A stretch of 64,000 nucleotides of DNA. Origin: Winogradskyella sp. (GTDB lineage: Bacteria; Fidelibacterota; Marinisomatia; Marinisomatales; AB-629-J13). Position numbers and translations under genes: made by a program. The notes under the pieces were generated by a model. The model had not been told where the DNA came from, did not search any database, and saw only the letters and a list, made by a program, of their open reading frames with translations. The DNA lies in NCBI GenBank assembly GCA_964230865.1, contig CAXRJK010000110.1:391-64390 (forward strand), read 5' to 3'. This document shows positions 58,248 to 64,000 of the stretch, one piece after another; the first letter of the stretch is position 1, and each line of letters starts with the position of its first letter.

Positions 58248-58974
58248 CAGACACAAACTTGAAGCGAGAAGTCTCCATAAGCAATACGGGAAAAAATGGG
58301 TAGTACGTGATATAGATTTGGACCTAAAGCAAGGAGAAATAGTCGGTTTACTGGGGCCTAATGGTGCGGGAAAAACAACTACATTTTATATGATTACGGG
58401 AATGATTAAGCCAACAAGTGGACAGATATTTTTAGATAAAATAAACATCACAAGTGACCCTATGTACAAACGCTCAAGAATGGGAGTTGGATATCTCTCA
58501 CAGGAGCCTTCTATTTTTGGGAAGTTATCGGTTGAGGATAACCTGAGACTTGTTTTAGAATTAACCGACCTATCTAAATCAGAGCAGGGGGAAAAAATCA
58601 ACACTCTTCTTGAGGAGTTGTCTATCTCTCATTTAAGGAGCAGCAAGGGAGGGAATCTTTCGGGAGGAGAACGACGCCGTGTAGAGATATGCCGATCTCT
58701 TGCAATCAATCCAGATTTCATATTATTGGACGAACCTTTTGCAGGTGTAGATCCCATAGCAGTAGAAGAGATTCAATCTATTGTTCGGTCTCTAAAGGAA
58801 CGTAATATAGGTGTATTAATTACAGACCACAATGTTAGAGAAACACTATCAATTACTGATAGATCTTATCTACTCTTTGAGGGTAGAATTTTAAAGTCAG
58901 GGACTTCGGATGAATTGGCAAATGATCCAGAAGCTCGGCGTCTTTATTTGGGTAAAAAATTCAGTTTGAATTAA
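58237..58974 (+). CDS. lptB: LPS export ABC transporter ATP-binding protein
   Basis: Walker A GPNGAGKTT, signature LSGGERRRVEI, and Walker B LLDEPFAGVDP. It lies immediately upstream of rpoN. Confidence 0.9.
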   Translation: MMADRHKLEARSLHKQYGKKWVVRDIDLDLKQGEIVGLLGPNGAGKTTTFYMITGMIKPTSGQIFLDKINITSDPMYKRSRMGVGYLSQEPSIFGKLSVEDNLRLVLELTDLSKSEQGEKINTLLEELSISHLRSSKGGNLSGGERRRVEICRSLAINPDFILLDEPFAGVDPIAVEEIQSIVRSLKERNIGVLITDHNVRETLSITDRSYLLFEGRILKSGTSDELANDPEARRLYLGKKFSLN

Positions 58975-60317
58975 TGGCACGTCTGGAACAAAAACAAACA
59001 TTAAAGCAGACACTTTCTCCCAGGCAGTTACTACAGGCAAGATTGCTTCAATTGAATTCTTTATCTTTGGAATCTTACATTTTGAATGAGTTGGAATCTA
59101 ATCCAGTATTGGAGTCAGTAGATCATGAGTCAGAGATGGAAGAAGAATTAGTTGATGAAGATAATTCACTAGATATGAATCCTCTTGACCATGAATATGA
59201 AATTATACAGCCAATAAGCGAAGAAAAAAGTCTCTTAGATCTTCCTATTCCGGACAAGCCAGATTTTATGGAAATACTCATTAAACAGCTAGACGATTAT
59301 TCTCTTAGTGACCTAGAACGAACTCTGTGCGAAGAGATCATTTGGAATGTTGATGAACGTGGATATCTAGCTGTTGAGCTCTCTATGATAGCAGATAGAT
59401 TTGACCTCAGAGAAGAAGACCTTTACCATTTATTGGATCTTGTAAAAAATCTTGACCCCAAAGGAATTGGTTCTCGTAATTTGAAAGAATGTCTTCTTGC
59501 TCAGTTGGATTGCAACTCAGATTCTATCCCCTATTTAGTTATAAAGGAATGCTATGAGGATTTTATTCACAAAAGATTTGAAAATATACAGAAAACACTT
59601 AAGTGTAATCAGGATGATTTAAAAAAATCATTAGAACAAATAGGAAAATTGAACCCTCATCCCGGCGAGGGGAAAATAACCGGTAAAGAAAGAGTTGTGA
59701 TCCCAGACATTATCATTCATAGAAGAGATAAGAAATGGATAATCAGAACAAACGACAGAGGAATTCCAGAACTCGTAATCAGTGAAATGTACAAAGATTT
59801 ATCTGCAGCAAAAACAGTTACTGGAAAAGATAAAATTTTTTTAAATAAGAGTATAGACAAGGCTGATATGCTTATTCAGGCAATACACCAACGAAGACAT
59901 ACTTTAACAGCTGTCATGGAATCAATTATATTCAGACAGCCAAAGTTTTTCGATGGAGAAATTAATATTTTGGAACCAATGAAACTGCAAGACATAGCAG
60001 ATGAAATCAGTGTAGATATTTCCACAGTAAGTAGAAGTACCAGGGGGAAATATGTGGACACACCTTTTGGTGTTTTTGAGTTAAAATCGTTTTTTACAGG
60101 AACGGTTGAGTTGAAAGATGGTCAAATTGTAAGCAACAAGGAGGCCAAGCAAGCTCTGAAGGATTTAATAGAACTTGAGGATAAAAAAAATCCTCATACA
60201 GATGAACAAATACTATCATTAATGAAAGAAAAAGGATATCCATTGGCACGTAGGACAATTGCAAAGTATCGGATGCAATTAAATATCCCTGTAGCACGTT
60301 TAAGAAGAATTATTTAA
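58974..60317 (+). CDS. rpoN: RNA polymerase sigma-54 factor
   Basis: Gln/Leu-rich region I (LKQTLSPRQLLQARLLQL), an acidic region II, and the C-terminal RpoN box ARRTIAKYR. TAATG overlap with lptB. Confidence 0.9.
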   Translation: MARLEQKQTLKQTLSPRQLLQARLLQLNSLSLESYILNELESNPVLESVDHESEMEEELVDEDNSLDMNPLDHEYEIIQPISEEKSLLDLPIPDKPDFMEILIKQLDDYSLSDLERTLCEEIIWNVDERGYLAVELSMIADRFDLREEDLYHLLDLVKNLDPKGIGSRNLKECLLAQLDCNSDSIPYLVIKECYEDFIHKRFENIQKTLKCNQDDLKKSLEQIGKLNPHPGEGKITGKERVVIPDIIIHRRDKKWIIRTNDRGIPELVISEMYKDLSAAKTVTGKDKIFLNKSIDKADMLIQAIHQRRHTLTAVMESIIFRQPKFFDGEINILEPMKLQDIADEISVDISTVSRSTRGKYVDTPFGVFELKSFFTGTVELKDGQIVSNKEAKQALKDLIELEDKKNPHTDEQILSLMKEKGYPLARRTIAKYRMQLNIPVARLRRII

Positions 60318-60333
60318 GAAAAGGAGAAAATGA

Positions 60334-61311
60334 ATGGCTAATCGTAGGATAATAATTGGAGACAAAGAGTATCAAATCCCAGAAAGACTTTTATCGCTCG
60401 GTATTACACCAGTCTTAGGAATTGGTTTTTTTCTTTGGCTGGCAACCGGATTTTATCAGGTCGGACCTGATGAAGTAGGAGTTGTACAAAGATTTGGGAA
60501 GGTAAGCCGGGTTGTACAATCAGGGTTGCGATACCATTTCCCATATCCAGTTGAGACTGTTAATACACCAAAGGTTACAGAAGTAAAACGGATTGAAATT
60601 GGATTTAGAACAGTTGGGAAAAATCAATTTCGTACTGTAGAGAGAGAAAGTATTATGCTTACTGGTGATGAAAATATTGTTGATGCGGAAATGATTGTCC
60701 AGTACAAACTGAAAGATCCTGAAGCATACCTTTTTAACTTTGTCCGTCCTGTACTCACAGTAAGAGAGGCATCAGAGGCATCATTGAGAACTATTATTGG
60801 TCGACACGGGATTGATAAAGCACTTACAGCGGGTAAATTGATGATTCAAGAAGAAACTAAAACGCTTCTCCAGAGTATATTAGATAAATATGATTCAGGG
60901 ATACAGGTGGTCGCTGTACAGCTTCAAGATGTTTCGCCTCCTAAATCTGTTATTGCAGCTTTTAAGGATGTTGCATCTGCTAAGGAGGATAAAAATAGAT
61001 TAATCAATGAAGCAGAGGGCTATAGAAATGATGTCATCCCAAAGGCAAGAGGTGAGGCTCAGGCAATGATTAGAGAAGCCGAAGGCTTCAAGGAGGCTAG
61101 AATGAAAAGGGCCGAAGGTGATGTTGCAAAATTCAATTCTATGCTAAAGGAATACAAAAAGGGAAAATCCATTACAAAAAAACGTTTATATCTTGAAGCA
61201 ATGGAGGATATACTTCCGGGGGTTGAAAAATTCATCGTTCCTGATGGCGAGGGGGGTAATTTGCTGAATCTATTAAACTTGACAGGTAAAGAGAGCGGAG
61301 GTAAAAAATGA
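60334..61311 (+). CDS. hflK: FtsH protease modulator HflK (SPFH/band-7)
   Basis: N-terminal TM, an SPFH domain and a coiled C-terminal region (EAEGYRNDVIPKARGEA). Confidence 0.85.
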   Translation: MANRRIIIGDKEYQIPERLLSLGITPVLGIGFFLWLATGFYQVGPDEVGVVQRFGKVSRVVQSGLRYHFPYPVETVNTPKVTEVKRIEIGFRTVGKNQFRTVERESIMLTGDENIVDAEMIVQYKLKDPEAYLFNFVRPVLTVREASEASLRTIIGRHGIDKALTAGKLMIQEETKTLLQSILDKYDSGIQVVAVQLQDVSPPKSVIAAFKDVASAKEDKNRLINEAEGYRNDVIPKARGEAQAMIREAEGFKEARMKRAEGDVAKFNSMLKEYKKGKSITKKRLYLEAMEDILPGVEKFIVPDGEGGNLLNLLNLTGKESGGKK

Positions 61312-62156
61312 AAAAGCTAGGAATTGCACTTATCTTACTAGGTAGTATAATTTTTTTCTCAACAGTATTTATCGTTGATATGACTGAACAGGTTGTTATT
61401 CTTCAGTTTGGAAAGCCGGTAAAAACGATAAAGGAGCCTGGATTGCACTTCAAACTGCCTATACCTATTCAAACTGCAACTGTGTTTGATAATCGGCTAT
61501 TAGAATACGATGTTCCCCCTGAGGAGATTTTAAGTAAAGATAAAAAATCTCTTATTGTTGATAATTATGTTAGGTGGAAAATTGTCGACCCGCTTCTTTT
61601 CCTTCAGACGGTACAAGCTATTCCTACTGCTATAACTCGATTAGACGATATTGTTTACTCAGAATTGAGACGGGAATTGGGAACTCATAATATGAGTGAT
61701 ATTATCACAGAAAACCGTGAAATCATTATGAAACAAGTCACCCACAACAGTAAAGTTGCCACTTCACCTTATGGAATTGAAGTAGTTGATGTACGGATAA
61801 AACGTGTAGATCTACCAAAGGAAAACGAAAAATCAATATATGCAAGAATGGAAGCAGAACGAAAAAGACAAGCTAACAAGTTTCGTTCTGAAGGAGAGGA
61901 AGAGGCTCAGAAGATCCGTGCCACAACCGAAAAGGATAAGACCATCATTCTAGCTAATGCTTATAAGGAATCTCAGCAGATCCGCGGTGAAGGAGAAGCG
62001 ATTGCTCTAGAAATATATGCAAAAGCGTTTGGAGCAGATCCAGATTTTTACGAATTTGTACGCACACTCGAAACATATAAAAAAATCATCGATGAGAAAA
62101 CAACTCTAGTGCTTCCATCAGATAGTGATTTGTTCAAATTAATAGGAAATCGATAG
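61308..62156 (+). CDS. hflC: FtsH protease modulator HflC (SPFH/band-7)
   Basis: N-terminal TM and an SPFH domain. ATGA overlap with hflK. The block EAERKRQANKFRSEGEEEA is present. Confidence 0.85.
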   Translation: MKKLGIALILLGSIIFFSTVFIVDMTEQVVILQFGKPVKTIKEPGLHFKLPIPIQTATVFDNRLLEYDVPPEEILSKDKKSLIVDNYVRWKIVDPLLFLQTVQAIPTAITRLDDIVYSELRRELGTHNMSDIITENREIIMKQVTHNSKVATSPYGIEVVDVRIKRVDLPKENEKSIYARMEAERKRQANKFRSEGEEEAQKIRATTEKDKTIILANAYKESQQIRGEGEAIALEIYAKAFGADPDFYEFVRTLETYKKIIDEKTTLVLPSDSDLFKLIGNR

Positions 62157-62720
62157 ATGAATCGGTCTGGGGAAAAATATCCCTCAATTCTTTCCACAAC
62201 TATTCTTGGTGTTCGATATAAAAGAAAAGCAGCCCTTGGTGGAGATGGACAGGTAACATTTGGAGATATGGCACTAAAGCAGAAAGCTGTCAAAGTCCGA
62301 AAATTTTATTCAGAAAAAGGAGTTGTTCTCAGCGGCTTTGCTGGAGCTGCTGCAGATGCACTGACTCTCTTTGAAAAATTCGAAGGAAAACTGGATGAGT
62401 TCAATGGAAATTTAAAACGATCGGTCGTTGAGCTGGCCAAAGAATGGAGGACGGATAAATATTTGCGCCATCTGGATGCATTGTTAGCACTTATGGATAA
62501 ACGGTCTAGCTTTATATTATCTGGTGACGGAAATGTCATAGAGCCGGATGGTCCCATTATTGCCATAGGCTCGGGTGGAGGGTATGCTCAGGCGGCAGCG
62601 ACGGCCTTGATGCAATCTACAAAACTTAATGCGTCTGAAATTGTGAAAAAATCGCTGAATATTGCATCTGAAATATGTATTTATACCAATGATTCAATTA
62701 CAGTAATGGAGACAGAATGA
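62157..62720 (+). CDS. hslV: ATP-dependent protease subunit HslV (with 13-residue N-terminal extension before the catalytic Thr)
   Basis: TTILGVRY...GGDGQVTFG...GSGG motifs. The start ATG immediately follows the hflC stop. Confidence 0.9.
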   Translation: MNRSGEKYPSILSTTILGVRYKRKAALGGDGQVTFGDMALKQKAVKVRKFYSEKGVVLSGFAGAAADALTLFEKFEGKLDEFNGNLKRSVVELAKEWRTDKYLRHLDALLALMDKRSSFILSGDGNVIEPDGPIIAIGSGGGYAQAAATALMQSTKLNASEIVKKSLNIASEICIYTNDSITVMETE

Positions 62721-64000
62721 ACTCCCTGACACCAAAACAGATAGTTAAGGAATTAAATAGATACATTGTGGGGCAGAAAAATGCTAAAAGAGCTGTTGCA
62801 ATTGCACTAAGAAATAGATGGAGAAGACAGCAGATCTCAGATGCAATGAGAGATGAAATCGTTCCCAATAATATAATCCTGATTGGTTCCACAGGGGTGG
62901 GGAAAACAGAAATTGCCAGACGATTAGCTAATTTAGCTAATGCACCTTTTTTAAAGGTGGAAGCAAGCAAGTTTACAGAGGTGGGGTATGTAGGGAGAGA
63001 TGTTGAATCAATCATTAGAGATTTGATGAATAGTGCTGTAAATATGGTCAAACTTGAACAGGAAAGGTTGGTTATAGATCAGGCAAAAAAAATGGCAAAA
63101 CAAAGGTTAGTAAATTTACTTTTTCCTGGAAACAGTGTTAAAGCAGAAAGAAGGCAATCTAAAGAAGCAGAAGATAGATACAAAAGAAATCGTGCAAAAA
63201 TATTGGATAAACTTGAAGGTGGAGAATTGGAAAATCGATATGTTGAATTAGATGTTCCAGAAGAAAACTTTCCTATGATGCAGGTGTTTGGACCAATTGG
63301 TTTAGATGATATGGGATCAAATATTAAAGATATGCTTTCCAATGTACTGCCATCAAATAAAAAACAAAGAAGAATGAAGGTATCAAAAGCAAGAGAAATC
63401 CTAATCGATATGGAGGTTCAAAACCTTTTGGATCGTGATGAAATTATTCGCATTGCTAAAGATCGAGTTGAAAATAACGGAATTGTATTTTTGGATGAAA
63501 TTGATAAAATTTGCGGTAATGAGCGAAGCGCAGGCCCAGATGTGAGTCGAGAAGGCGTACAGAGAGATTTGTTGCCTATTATTGAAGGCAGTACCGTCAG
63601 CACAAAATATGGGTCGGTTAACTCAGACCATATATTGTTTGTTGCTGCTGGGGCATTTCATGTGTCAACACCGTCTGACATGATTCCAGAGCTACAAGGG
63701 CGCTTCCCTATTCGTGTCGAAATGGATAAGCTTAGCACTATAGATTTTGTTAAAATTCTTACTCATCCTAAATCAGCTCTAATTAAGCAGTATCAGGCCC
63801 TCTTGAAAGCAGAGGGAGTAACCTTGACTTTTGAAAAACTAGCAATAAAGGTTATCGCTGAATATGCGACGGAAGTCAATACAAAAACGGAGAACATTGG
63901 TGCTAGGAGGCTTCATACCATCATGACAACCTTACTGGATGAGTATATGTTTGAAAAAGTAAAAGGCAGAACACCGAATGGGGAGCTAAAAATAACTCCA
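62717..64000 (+). CDS. hslU: ATP-dependent protease ATPase subunit HslU, 3'-partial at window edge
   Basis: Not in the ORF track because no stop lies within the window. Translation from ATG 62717 gives MNSLTPKQIVKELNRYIVGQKNAKRAVAIALRNRWRRQ..., with Walker A GSTGVGKTEIARRLA and FLDEIDKI. ATGA overlap with hslV. The frame is open to nt 64000 (428 codons). Confidence 0.9.
   Translation, partial: MNSLTPKQIVKELNRYIVGQKNAKRAVAIALRNRWRRQQISDAMRDEIVPNNIILIGSTGVGKTEIARRLANLANAPFLKVEASKFTEVGYVGRDVESIIRDLMNSAVNMVKLEQERLVIDQAKKMAKQRLVNLLFPGNSVKAERRQSKEAEDRYKRNRAKILDKLEGGELENRYVELDVPEENFPMMQVFGPIGLDDMGSNIKDMLSNVLPSNKKQRRMKVSKAREILIDMEVQNLLDRDEIIRIAKDRVENNGIVFLDEIDKICGNERSAGPDVSREGVQRDLLPIIEGSTVSTKYGSVNSDHILFVAAGAFHVSTPSDMIPELQGRFPIRVEMDKLSTIDFVKILTHPKSALIKQYQALLKAEGVTLTFEKLAIKVIAEYATEVNTKTENIGARRLHTIMTTLLDEYMFEKVKGRTPNGELKITP

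Noticed and set aside
60243-60262. TGGCAC...TTGC string resembling a sigma-54 -24/-12 promoter.
   Set aside because: The GG-to-GC spacing is about 14 nt instead of 10. It also lies inside rpoN, where it encodes the RpoN-box region (LARRTIAKY).
62698-63603. Three minus-strand ORFs (62698..63051, 63079..63342, 63418..63603).
   Set aside because: They lie opposite hslU. That gene is missing from the ORF track only because it runs off the window, and its plus-strand translation carries unmistakable HslU motifs.
1-64000. Search for CRISPR arrays, IS elements, integrases, prophage genes, tRNA/rRNA genes and large direct or inverted repeats.
   Set aside because: Intergenic space totals only about 2.2 kb, and none of it contains spaced repeats or tRNA-like T-loop (GTTCGAAT-type) sequences. 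No ORF shows transposase, integrase or phage motifs. Without a computational repeat scan I cannot exclude short dispersed repeats.

Overview
This is an AT-rich, very compact chromosomal segment. My tally of intergenic gaps is about 2.2 kb of 64 kb, and many starts and stops overlap as ATGA or TAATG. I can support 57 CDS and one RNase P RNA. I saw no rRNA, tRNA, CRISPR array, transposase, integrase or phage genes.

Gene content indicates a diderm bacterium: Kdo/Lpt/RpoN, TolC, HflKC and HslVU are all present. Several features suggest the FCB (Bacteroidota-related) superphylum, possibly a streamlined uncultured lineage. These are a short 284-aa primary sigma factor, TAnnTTTG-type -7 boxes, many SD-less starts, and DUF4159-, DUF2723-, DUF4835- and DUF4139-like envelope proteins. 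The taxonomic call is inference from pattern recognition, not from a search.

Most of the window is ordinary housekeeping:
- fabH, acyl-CoA dehydrogenase, pgpH-like/ybeY/mazG
- holB/metG, tatD/rsmA, rpoD-rpsU
- valS, recG, cca
- kdsB-pyrG-kdsA-kdsC-lptC-lptB-rpoN
- hflKC, hslVU
- a TolC/MacA/MacB-type efflux operon

The candidates for uncharacterised biology are:
1. A tightly packed four-gene envelope operon at 9500-16714 (DUF4159-like, a 1144-aa membrane-anchored coiled-coil protein, a TPR protein, a secreted GATase1-like protein).
2. A DUF1844 / DUF2723 (TMEM260-like GT-C with TPR tail) / membrane-anchored GT2 operon at 49368-53769.
3. A PNGase-F-like lipoprotein coupled to an alkylglycerol-monooxygenase-like hydroxylase at 23003-25956.
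4. A phosphohexomutase-DERA-ALDH operon at 28833-33428 that ends in a catalytic-domain-less ALDH pseudoenzyme.
5. A cNMP-binding protein translationally coupled to an AI-2E transporter at 16822-18443.

I found no clear-cut defence or mobile system. All family assignments come from motifs read by eye and need HMM or structure confirmation.
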